This document shows positions 41,355 to 49,251 of a stretch of DNA of 64,000 nt, in pieces. Position 1 is the stretch's first letter, and each line of letters begins with the position of its first letter. Below the pieces are notes generated by a model. The model was given only the letters and a program-made list of their open reading frames with translations, was not told where the DNA came from and did no database searches. A program made the translations under genes and the position numbers. Source of the stretch: a virus (taxonomy: Duplodnaviria > Caudoviricetes); the IMG/VR virus record IMGVR_UViG_3300025838_000023, positions 42,783 through 106,782 of that record; one strand, written 5' to 3'.

Positions 41355-41425
41355 ATGGGACTTGCACCCCACATGTTTTCTAATTACTCTTTCACCTGTT
41401 TAGAAGACAGAGGAGATACTAGTTT
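41344..41425 (-). tRNA. atypical tRNA-Arg(TCT), D arm absent
   Basis: CTGT-CTTCTAA-ACAG, extended V region, ACCA. Confidence 0.65.
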
Positions 41426-41428
41426 GTT

Positions 41429-41496
41429 TGGAGCCGTATAGGATATTGCAATCCTCCTGCTATATTACGAGTATAGGCTGTGTGCTTACATACGGC
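41429..41496 (-). tRNA. tRNA-Thr(CGT), reduced D arm
   Basis: CTATA-CTCGTAA-TATAG; identical to 43269..43336 except position 34. Confidence 0.75.
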
Positions 41497-41505
41497 ATAG
41501 AAAAT

Positions 41506-41588
41506 TGGTGCGTAGGAGAAGAATTTGCACTTCCACAGATTAACGGGTGTTTTACAGACACTTGGACGCACTCTTGTCCATCCTACGC
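41506..41588 (-). tRNA. tRNA-Tyr(GTA)
   Basis: loop CT-GTA-AA, ACCA. Confidence 0.8.
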
Positions 41589-41601
41589 ATAATTAAATTC
41601 C

Positions 41602-41674
41602 CGGTATGGACGAGTGCTGCCCTCGCTTAAACTTGATTGACAATCAAGTATCGATGCTGTTCGAACTCCATACC
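41602..41674 (-). tRNA. tRNA-Asp(GTC), no encoded CCA
   Basis: CTTGA-TTGTCAA-TCAAG, G73. Confidence 0.75.
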
Positions 41675-41748
41675 ATTAAAAATTGGTCAAGTTATGTAGA
41701 TTGCCTCCACTACTAAGGTTTACTTGCACGACCTAGCTATATTTAAAT

Positions 41749-41822
41749 TGGCGCGACATAGGGGTTACGCTCCCCTGACTCCTCTTGGACAGAGAGATAG
41801 GTTACTATTACTTCAATGTCGC
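41749..41822 (-). tRNA. tRNA-Asp(GTC)
   Basis: TCTCT-CTGTCCA-AGAGG, GCCA. Confidence 0.85.
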
Positions 41823-41831
41823 ATTTAAAAT

Positions 41832-41907
41832 TGGTAGCCTCAGATGGATTTTCACCATCTTCTAAAGGTTGAGAACCTATGATCCTGTGTCATTAGACGA
41901 TGAGGCC
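41832..41907 (-). tRNA. tRNA-Glu(CTC)
   Basis: loop TT-CTC-AA, ACCA. Confidence 0.8.
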
Positions 41908-41915
41908 ATTTAAAT

Positions 41916-41991
41916 TGGTCGGATACCAGAGAATCGCACTCTGTCACCCCACTTCCAAGGCGGGTAAGCACACTTGCGCTATTCGTATCCG
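41916..41991 (-). tRNA. tRNA-Pro(TGG)
   Basis: CCCGC-CTTGGAA-GTGGG, ACCA. Confidence 0.8.
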
Positions 41992-42000
41992 TTATAAAAT

Positions 42001-42681
42001 TGGTTTTCGTTGCAGCTTTCGACTCTGCTATAGTAGCTACAAATGCGATGTGCTAATGCTACCGTGTTTCCCATGCAATGCCTCTCATATACCCTTTATG
42101 GTATTGTCACTGATTTATTATAAGTGCCTGTCTAGCCTTTCTACTAGCTCACGTTTTTTATGGTTAGCCCATCGCATTGTTACACTTTATCTTCTATCAG
42201 CGTTTTACATATACTATCTATTACCCACATATACTATACAGTTAGACAAAACATCAATTTTTATATTTTTAAATGGGCAGGGACTGTAAGCTCCTACCAA
42301 CCATAGAAGAAAGTGAATAACTTGGTGTTTATTCCGATCAACGAATACGGTTATGGATGCATAATACGGGTCTTCGGGTATTTCATAGGGTTACATACCT
42401 TTTCCGATTCGGCTATACATACACTGGTTAATTACAGTAATAAAACAATTTAATTTTCTGATAACCTATCTTACGATTAAACCTTTAGATTCTATCTTAT
42501 TTTATACCTTATCTTCCTCTTTTATTTTTGTTTCGAATATTAAAATAACCCCTCTCTTCTAATACTCTGTTCTTATTTAATCATAAATAATTTTTAAATC
42601 AACTACTATTTGCATTTAATTCATATCATTCCTTTATAAAAATGTATATTATATGCGACTAGTCGCTAACACTAAACGAAA
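42001..42681 (-). ncRNA. ~250-nt tRNA-ended structured RNA split near its 5' end by MITE B
   Basis: acceptor TTTCGTT/AACGAAA-ACCA, helix TATAGTA/TACTATA, T-like arm GCAG...CTGC, internal 15-nt long-range pairing. Confidence 0.6.
42238..42671 (-). mobile_element. MITE family B copy 2 (434 bp)
   Basis: near-identical to 23226..23659, same length, TGT core. Confidence 0.85.
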
Positions 42682-42685
42682 TTGT

Positions 42686-42769
42686 TGGCACGGAAATGAG
42701 GTAACGCTCCCCTTAGTATGAATACGCTAGTTTTGGAGACTAGATGCAATCCTTCTTGCGAGTTTCCGT
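42686..42769 (-). tRNA. tRNA-Trp(CCA), extended V region
   Basis: CTAGT-CTCCAAA-ACTAG, GCCA. Confidence 0.8.
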
Positions 42770-42778
42770 ATGATAAAT

Positions 42779-42871
42779 TGTTACAACGGGTGGGCTTCGC
42801 TCCCACGGTGAGGCTTGTAACCTGTCGGATTAAAAGTCCGATACTTTCGACTGGACTAAGTGAACCGTTGC
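42779..42871 (-). tRNA. tRNA-Lys(TTT) with long V arm
   Basis: TCGGA-CTTTTAA-TCCGA, V arm AGGTT-ACA-AGCCT; 3' ACA. Confidence 0.7.
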
Positions 42872-42879
42872 ATTAAAAG

Positions 42880-42954
42880 TGGTGGGGTCACGGGGACTTG
42901 CACCCCGACTTAACGATTTAAAAGACCGTTGTGCAGCTATTACACCATAACCCC
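42880..42954 (-). tRNA. tRNA-Lys(TTT)
   Basis: ACGGT-CTTTTAA-ATCGT, ACCA. Confidence 0.85.
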
Positions 42955-42966
42955 ATTATAAAAATT

Positions 42967-43045
42967 TGGTGGAATCGGAGGTAGTTGCAACCTCACGAAT
43001 GGTCTAGTTAAGAGCTAGTTGCCCGTCTACTGTAGCTTCGATTCC
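42967..43045 (-). tRNA. tRNA-Lys(CTT)
   Basis: CTAG-CTCTTAA-CTAG, ACCA. Confidence 0.8.
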
Positions 43046-43090
43046 TTTTGTGTCGTTATTTTTCTATGGTTGAAAAAATAACACTAAAAT

Positions 43091-43165
43091 TGGAGCACAT
43101 GATGGGTATCCCGCCCACATAAACTTCTTTGGAAGAGAAGCGCATTAGTTGTCTGCCACATGTGC
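43091..43165 (-). tRNA. tRNA-Gly(TCC)
   Basis: CTTCT-CTTCCAA-AGAAG, TCCA. Confidence 0.85.
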
Positions 43166-43173
43166 ATTAAAAT

Positions 43174-43261
43174 TGGAGCCTACAGAGGGACTCGCACCCC
43201 CGGTGAACCTTGCGGTTACAAGCTTACAAAGCTAGTCCTATCGCTACTAAGGGATGTAGGC
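43174..43261 (-). tRNA. tRNA-Thr(TGT) with long V arm
   Basis: loop TT-TGT-AA, V arm AACC-GCAA-GGTT. Confidence 0.75.
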
Positions 43262-43268
43262 ATTAAAT

Positions 43269-43336
43269 TGGAGCCGTATAGGATATTGCAATCCTCCTGC
43301 TATATTACAAGTATAGGCTGTGTGCTTACATACGGC
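43269..43336 (-). tRNA. tRNA-Thr(TGT), reduced D arm
   Basis: CTATA-CTTGTAA-TATAG, TCCA. Confidence 0.75.
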
Positions 43337-43348
43337 ATTAATAAAATC

Positions 43349-43420
43349 TAGCGCATAAGGGTTATGCTCCCTTGTCTATTCCTTGAAGGGGAATCGTCCT
43401 AGCTATTAGACGAATGCGCC
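43349..43420 (-). tRNA. tRNA-Glu(TTC), no encoded CCA
   Basis: ATTCC-CCTTCAA-GGAAT. Confidence 0.75.
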
Positions 43421-43429
43421 ATTTAAAAT

Positions 43430-43505
43430 TGGTAGTTCTAGAGTTGGTTGCAAACTCATCCATAATTTCTTGAGAATTATCGCTCTGCTCTTGGCGTATA
43501 GAACC
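43430..43505 (-). tRNA. tRNA-Leu(CAA), short V arm
   Basis: TAATT-CTCAAGA-AATTA, ACCA. Confidence 0.75.
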
Positions 43506-43516
43506 ATTTTTGAAAT

Positions 43517-43591
43517 TGGTGCCTATGGAGAGATTTGCACTCTCACTGTTCGGTGTCTAAGGCCGATTTCTCTGCATTGGAATACATAGGC
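43517..43591 (-). tRNA. tRNA-Leu(TAG), short V arm
   Basis: loop CT-TAG-AC, ACCA. Confidence 0.8.
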
Positions 43592-43638
43592 ATGTGTTAT
43601 TAATATTTTCTATAGTTGGAAATATCAAAACTAAAAAT

Positions 43639-43713
43639 TGGTGCTCATAGTCGGTCCCGCCCCGACACTGTTCGAATTTTAAGTTCGATTTCTCTGCGTT
43701 GGAATATATGAGC
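43639..43713 (-). tRNA. tRNA-Leu(TAA), short V arm
   Basis: TCGAA-CTTAAAA-TTCGA, ACCA. Confidence 0.85.
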
Positions 43714-43723
43714 ATTTTGAAAT

Positions 43724-43802
43724 TGGTTGCGGGGAGTGAAAATTGCATTCACTGTCAAGAAGCTTATGAGACTACTGCTGGTCTACTCCAGTCCACCCTG
43801 CA
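43724..43802 (-). tRNA. tRNA-Met(CAT), initiator-like ends
   Basis: loop CT-CAT-AA, 3' CCCCGCAACCA. Confidence 0.75.
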
Positions 43803-43809
43803 TATAAAT

Positions 43810-43885
43810 TGGTCCCTCGTGTTGGCTTTGCTCCAACCACCTAACGGTTATCAACCATTTGCTCTCCTGAATGAGCTAACGAGGG
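43810..43885 (-). tRNA. tRNA-Ile(GAT)
   Basis: AATGG-TTGATAA-CCGTT, ACCA. Confidence 0.85.
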
Positions 43886-43894
43886 ATTAAAATT

Positions 43895-43968
43895 TGGAGC
43901 GGGTAATCGAAATCGAATCGATATTTTCGCCTTGGCAAAGCAACGTAATACCACTATACCATACCCGC
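43895..43968 (-). tRNA. tRNA-Gly(GCC), first tRNA of the array
   Basis: GCGGGTA/TACCCGC, loop TT-GCC-AA, TCCA. Confidence 0.9.
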
Positions 43969-44417
43969 AAATTTTTATTTAGGTTAACATTAAGAATTTA
44001 TTCAGAAGGTATATATCATTCTACCCATTATTGGATGGGTATGTTAGCCTAAGAAATTGTGAGACTTGCCAATAATTTTATATAATTGGCAAGTCTCTTT
44101 TGGGAATACTGCCGAAATTTTTAAGGTTTGGCAGTATTCCCAAAGTTTTGTTACAGTTTGTTATGAACTAGTGGTATGGGTTTCACGCCATTTGACTAAT
44201 TCCTGTAACGGTTTAACTATAAAGAACAAACACCTATTATTCCGAGTTTCGCTATTTCTATTGATAAGCCGATTTCTCTTTCGAGGGTGTGTCGGACATT
44301 CGTTTCGCTTCTGGTTGAAACTCTCAAAACTCCTTTTAAATTTCCTAAATGGCCTACTATATTTCGGTGTTCCACGTATTCAATTATATGTAATTAAAAT
44401 TATTATATTTTTGCAAT

Positions 44418-44454
44418 AAAAAACTCGAACCTTTTTATTTTTCGGGTTCGAGTT
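44418..44454 (-). terminator. attenuator terminator upstream of the tRNA array
   Basis: minus strand AACTCGAACC...GGTTCGAGTT followed by TTTT. Confidence 0.85.
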
Positions 44455-44493
44455 AAGAAAACTTTTTATAAGTCTAACTATTTTCTTAACTCG
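44449..44493 (-). promoter_or_regulatory. antiterminator hairpin overlapping the leader stop codon and the terminator 5' strand
   Basis: perfect 13-bp CGAGTTAAGAAAA/TTTTCTTAACTCG. Confidence 0.75.
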
Positions 44494-44617
44494 TTTGCCC
44501 TCCTTGTGTATACTGTTCAAATGACCAGCAACGTTCACAAGTGGGCAGACTATTACCATTAATGGATTTTCTATCCATCTTGGTAAGTTGTCTTGCTATA
44601 TGTAAGTTCGCTTTCAT
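44486..44617 (-). CDS. putative 43-aa attenuator leader peptide MKANLHIARQLTKMDRKSINGNSLPTCERCWSFEQYTQGGQTS
   Basis: hand translation (below the ORF-track cutoff); lies between the promoters and the terminator. Confidence 0.7.
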   Translation of the reverse strand: MKANLHIARQLTKMDRKSINGNSLPTCERCWSFEQYTQGGQTS

Positions 44618-44654
44618 TTTTGAAGATTTTGGTTATAGTTGATTGTTGTAATTA

Positions 44655-44908
44655 TATTTAACGTGATTTACTATTTTTTCTTAGATTTTTTAAACTTTTT
44701 TTAATATTTGGTAATCTTAGTGGATTTTCTTTTTATTGTCAATTAGTTTTTTAATTTCTTTTTAGTTAGTATTTCGTGTTATTGGAGTATCTTAGCAGAA
44801 TATTTTGGGAAGTCAACTTTTATTTTCGATTTCTTTTTAATTTTCTGTTTTTGTTACTCTTTCGATTTATTGTGAAAGTATCTTAGCAGACTTTTCACAT
44901 ATTGTCAA
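44655..44908 (-). promoter_or_regulatory. three tandem sigma70 promoters plus a TAAATA late-type promoter driving the array
   Basis: TTGACA-17-TAAGAT (44714-44742), TTGACT-16-TAAGAT (44789-44816), TTGACA-17-TAAGAT (44880-44908), TTAAATA near 44656-44661. Confidence 0.75.
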
Positions 44909-44929
44909 ATTATTTTTTGATTTTCTTTT

Positions 44930-45001
44930 TAAGAGCAGAGTTGGTGAGTGATAATTAACAACAAGAGGATTTTTTTATCTCACCCACCAACTCTGCTCTT
45001 A
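44930..45001. repeat. 17-bp perfect inverted repeat
   Basis: TAAGAGCAGAGTTGGTG / CACCAACTCTGCTCTTA; no T-tract on either strand. Confidence 0.85.
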
Positions 45002-45022
45002 GAATTTCGATCTATTTGAAGT

Positions 45023-45608
45023 TTACCATATCTTCTTAGGATTGCAAGGATTATTTTCGATTTCTTTTTGATATTCTTGAAATTCTGCCAATTCCAGTCC
45101 TTCTAGGGATTCTTCTCCTTCCATTAGTGGTTTTATAATATTCACTATGGAGTTTACATTATCGAAGCCATTTAACCATCGGTATTTTCCATCTCCTTTA
45201 TTATTGAGCATGAGTTTTGCCCAACGGTTTACGGTATTTGGTGCAATATTCTGAATTATATATTCTCTTATAGGTTCAGGGATATTCACCAAAATTTTGT
45301 AAACTTGTTTGGCGATTTCAATTTCAGAGAAGTATGGGGATTTTAGATATTCGGCGTCCATAATGTTATATATCGTCCAACAAAGCTGATAATTTATTAA
45401 ATGCTTGTATATCTCTACGGAACGAATCAAATTCTTTATCGACTCGTAATTCAGAAGCATTAAGTTCAACGGCACATTTCAAGCAACAATCTACAGTTTT
45501 ATACATTGTTGATCCATTATGAGGATGTTCACCATCTAAAAAAGTTATTCGGAGAACTTCGTTTGGTCGAATTTCTTTATCACATAGATCGCAAGTTATT
45601 TTTATCAT
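45023..45608 (-). other. two hypothetical ORFs (45366..45608 is Cys-rich; 45023..45361)
   Basis: ORF track. Confidence 0.6.
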
Positions 45609-45834
45609 AATTTTAAATTTATCCAGTTATTTTTCTAATATTTTGGCAGATTACTCTTAGGATACTTTTGATTGGTTTATTTTTATATATTTCGATAGGC
45701 CAACCAAGTTTATCTTTCAAATACCACGGAGCTTCATTTATTGGTTCCCTTAAATTAATATATCGAGAGAAAAAAAAACTGATAAACTTCGCGGGATATT
45801 CTTTGTGATAGTGTGTATTGTTTAGAAGGAGTAA

Positions 45835-46320
45835 TCATGCCAATATTTTAATCCATTTTTTATATTTGTCAACATTTTTATTGTGAATTTCTATTATACC
45901 GTCAGGATATATTATGATGGTTGGAATTTCTTTTTTCTTTGCGTATCGGATTGTTGCCCAAGTTCCTGATCTTAGTTGCATTTCTTTTTCTTTTGGAGTT
46001 GCAATCAATAAGTTGGAAGAATTAACAATGTCGTGATTTCTATCTAAGTAAGGTTTTGGTGGATGTATAAGAAATGCGTTTTTGCAGAATGCTCTTTTAT
46101 TTTCTATGATGGGGGGATGGATGATGATGTTAATATTTCCAAATTGATTGATGATATTGTGGGAATCTTCATCGGCTCCTATGCAATCTCCGTGGTGGTA
46201 GGATTCTATTTTATTTTCCACGAGCATTTGGGATATTATTTTTTTGAATTGGTGTTTTTGTGAATCCGACATACCAATTTGAGTTCCAGTGAATCCTACA
46301 GATTTTTTAACATTTTTCAT
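45835..46320 (-). CDS. SLOG-superfamily nucleotide-binding protein
   Basis: VGFTGT, HHGDCIGAD, YLDRN..IV, RSGTWATIRYA. Confidence 0.7.
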   Translation of the reverse strand: MKNVKKSVGFTGTQIGMSDSQKHQFKKIISQMLVENKIESYHHGDCIGADEDSHNIINQFGNINIIIHPPIIENKRAFCKNAFLIHPPKPYLDRNHDIVNSSNLLIATPKEKEMQLRSGTWATIRYAKKKEIPTIIIYPDGIIEIHNKNVDKYKKWIKILA

Positions 46321-47347
46321 AAGAGAAGTGCATTGTTATATCTACTGGTTTAGCTTCGACATTAAGGTATGAAGGGAATTGTATATTATCAACAATTTTA
46401 GTTTTAAGTTCATTGAAATACAAAGCGGATATTTGGCTTGCAGTATTCCAAATAGTGAAAAGTTCTTCAGGGTTCCACCAACTATAACCTCCATATTTTC
46501 TACTTAATCCTATATCGACGCATTTAAAATAATATTGTGGATTTTTATTTGCAAAGATTAAGAATTTTGATATTTGCAAAGTTAGAAAATTAGTATCTAC
46601 GATTCCTTGCTTTCCTGGTGCTTCTGTTGTGATTATTCCGTATGATTTACCTTCTTTACCTATCATGAATCCGTTTTCTCCTAGAACTGACCATTTGCCG
46701 ATTAATTTTTCTTTATTGTATGGGTGATTTTTATTTTTCTTATTAAGTTCTGTTAATGCTTGGAGAAAAATATCGTCCGTTCTCCAATTGTTTTTAGAAT
46801 CTCCTCTTTGCGCATATCCAGCAGAACCCGCACCATGAAAACCATTTTTATTACTACCGAAAATAAAAACTTCATTTGATTTTAATTCAGTAATCAATTT
46901 CTTTTTATTCATAAGTTTTAATTCAAATGGATTCACATATATTTTTCCGACTTTATAATCCGCGTATCCTTCTTCTCTATTACCTTTAAATCCTCCTGCT
47001 GGTGGGTTTTTAAGATTTTTCACATCTTTCTTCTGGTCGTATACTTTCACTCCACTTCCATCTTCTGGTTCAAGCCATTCATAATAACAATTAGCGGGAA
47101 GATCGGAATTGAATTTACTTCGAAGTTTGCATTGAATATGTGATTGTTCAAATTCTATATATGCTCCATGATCACCATAAACAATACGATTATATCCGAT
47201 AGCAAAAATATTATTCTTTAAGGTATAAAATATAGTATTTTCGTTTCCTTTCTCTTGGAGTTTCAATTCTTTTTCAACTTTTTTCTTAGCTCTAATACGG
47301 TTTGGATATATAGCAGTTGTATAGAAATTTAGATCATCGATATTCAT
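46307..47347 (-). CDS. two-domain hypothetical protein
   Basis: N domain YNRIVYGDHGAYIEF...YADYKVG; C domain EVFIFGSN..G.HGAGSA. Confidence 0.7.
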   Translation of the reverse strand: MNIDDLNFYTTAIYPNRIRAKKKVEKELKLQEKGNENTIFYTLKNNIFAIGYNRIVYGDHGAYIEFEQSHIQCKLRSKFNSDLPANCYYEWLEPEDGSGVKVYDQKKDVKNLKNPPAGGFKGNREEGYADYKVGKIYVNPFELKLMNKKKLITELKSNEVFIFGSNKNGFHGAGSAGYAQRGDSKNNWRTDDIFLQALTELNKKNKNHPYNKEKLIGKWSVLGENGFMIGKEGKSYGIITTEAPGKQGIVDTNFLTLQISKFLIFANKNPQYYFKCVDIGLSRKYGGYSWWNPEELFTIWNTASQISALYFNELKTKIVDNIQFPSYLNVEAKPVDITMHFSYEKC

Positions 47348-47553
47348 AATCGTTTATTATTTCTACTACATGGTTATGGTTTCTTAAAACTCTCACTGTG
47401 CTAGAATATGTTATACAACCATCTCTTGGGTATGTATTAAAACAAAATCTCCACATTTGTTCGCTTGTCATTTCTTTACCATCAACAATATAAAAAGTTT
47501 CTAATCTTTTCACTTTATCTTCGCCAAATATCCAATTAAGTAATCCCATATTT

Positions 47554-48117
47554 TTATTTCTTATAAATTTTAATTCTGTAATCGTAAAATTCTTTAGCAT
47601 TTCCCCAAAATCTTTCTTTATCATCAATATCAATTTCCTCTCCGTTTGTCAATAATACAGAGAGTTTATTACCATTTTTATTACCCACATCAATAATACG
47701 TTTCCAAAAATCCTCTCCTTGGGTAGAATGTTTGTTACCACTTACTACAAAATCATAATCTTTTAAATAATAATCAAATAATAGACGAAACGCAAATCCC
47801 CTTGATGCTTTCCACTGCCACACGCTATCAATAAACATTCCTCCATTTTTAATAATATAAATAAATTGTGCTCTGGTTTCCGGTTTTGGTGTAATAAAAG
47901 AATCATAAATTATCCCTTTAATGTTCTCTCTTATACATCGTAATTGGTAATCAAAATAATCTACGTCTACATTTATTGGAATACTTTTAGATAACAACAT
48001 TTTAGTATCTTCAATATTATATGCCAAATTATCCATAACATCTCCATGATATTTTCCTATACGCATTGGAGATTCTGTTAGTATTTTATTTTTGTAATAT
48101 TCCTTAAATGTTATCAT
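47554..48117 (-). CDS. ESP / GNAT-like paralog, tandem copy 3
   Basis: 187 aa, MITFKEYYKNKILTESPMR...RFWGN...YRIKIYKK. Confidence 0.8.
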   Translation of the reverse strand: MITFKEYYKNKILTESPMRIGKYHGDVMDNLAYNIEDTKMLLSKSIPINVDVDYFDYQLRCIRENIKGIIYDSFITPKPETRAQFIYIIKNGGMFIDSVWQWKASRGFAFRLLFDYYLKDYDFVVSGNKHSTQGEDFWKRIIDVGNKNGNKLSVLLTNGEEIDIDDKERFWGNAKEFYDYRIKIYKK

Positions 48118-48119
48118 AA

Positions 48120-48683
48120 TTATTTTTTATAAATTTTAATTCTGTAATCATAAAATTCTTGAGTGTTCCCCCAAAACCGTTCTTTATCATCTATGTCAAT
48201 TTCCTCTCCGTCTCTTAGTATTACTGAGAGTTTATTACCATTAGAGTTTCCATAATCAATAATACGCTTCCAAAGTTTTTCTCCTTGTGTTGTATGTTTA
48301 TTATCACTTACTATAAAATCATATTTCTTCAAATAAAAATCAGTAAGTATTTTAAATGCTAGTCCCATTTGCGTTTTATATCTCCAAACACTATCAATAT
48401 ATATGCCATTATCCTTTTCCTTGAAGAAAAAATACGCAATAATTGATGGCATTGGGTCTATAAAATAATCATGAGCCACTTCATTATAAACTTCTCTGAC
48501 ATATTTCATCGGGTAAGAAAAATATCCCAAGTCTATATCTTTGGATGGAGTGGTTTCTAATAATTCCTTTGTTTCTTCAGTATTTAGAAGTATATGGTCT
48601 AAGTATTCTCCAAAATGCATACCTGAACGCATTGGAGATTCTGTTAGTATTTTATTTTTGTAATATTCCTTGAATGTTATCAT
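48120..48683 (-). CDS. ESP / GNAT-like paralog, tandem copy 2
   Basis: 187 aa, same termini as its neighbours. Confidence 0.8.
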   Translation of the reverse strand: MITFKEYYKNKILTESPMRSGMHFGEYLDHILLNTEETKELLETTPSKDIDLGYFSYPMKYVREVYNEVAHDYFIDPMPSIIAYFFFKEKDNGIYIDSVWRYKTQMGLAFKILTDFYLKKYDFIVSDNKHTTQGEKLWKRIIDYGNSNGNKLSVILRDGEEIDIDDKERFWGNTQEFYDYRIKIYKK

Positions 48684-48685
48684 AA

Positions 48686-49249
48686 TTATTTTTTATAAAT
48701 TTTAATTCGGTAATCATAAAATTCTGGAGTGTTCCCCCAAAACCGTTCTTTATCATCTATGTCAATTTCCGTTCCGTTCTTTAATAACACAGAAAGTTTA
48801 TTTCCATTTTTTGTTCCGTAATCAATAACACGTTTCCAAAAATCCTCTCCTTGGGTTGTATGTTTATTATCACTAATTATAAAATCATATTTTTGTAAAT
48901 AATAATCAATCAACAATCTATATGCCATACCAATTTTCATTTTAAATTGCCAAACACTATCCATTATTATCCCTCCATTAGATTTCTTATACATAAACAA
49001 TGCAACTATTAATGGCATAGGATCAATAAAATAATCATAGTTTATTGTATCATGAACATCATTAATATATTTCAACTGATATGTAAGATATGGCAAATTT
49101 AATTCAGTATAGGAATTTTTATCAATTAGTGTTTTAGCATCATCAACATTTAACGCCATATCATCCATGTAATCAGGAAAATATATACCCAAACGCATTG
49201 GAGATTCTGTTAATATTTTATTTTTATAATATTCCTTAAAAGATTCCAT
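48686..49249 (-). CDS. ESP / GNAT-like paralog, tandem copy 1
   Basis: 187 aa, same termini as its neighbours. Confidence 0.8.
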   Translation of the reverse strand: MESFKEYYKNKILTESPMRLGIYFPDYMDDMALNVDDAKTLIDKNSYTELNLPYLTYQLKYINDVHDTINYDYFIDPMPLIVALFMYKKSNGGIIMDSVWQFKMKIGMAYRLLIDYYLQKYDFIISDNKHTTQGEDFWKRVIDYGTKNGNKLSVLLKNGTEIDIDDKERFWGNTPEFYDYRIKIYKK

Positions 49250-49251
49250 AT

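Noticed and set aside
41684-41735. short CCA-ended T-arm-like remnant
   Set aside because: Acceptor pairing too weak to call.
25808-43968. stop-codon reassignment or suppressor tRNA
   Set aside because: No CTA, TTA or TCA anticodon found, and conserved genes are full length in the standard code.
41900-44419. ORFs 41900..42289, 43160..43351, 43557..43748, 43699..43890, 44066..44419 (also 32908, 34421, 35861, 39899, 39909)
   Set aside because: Shadow frames over tRNA or ncRNA genes and their spacers.
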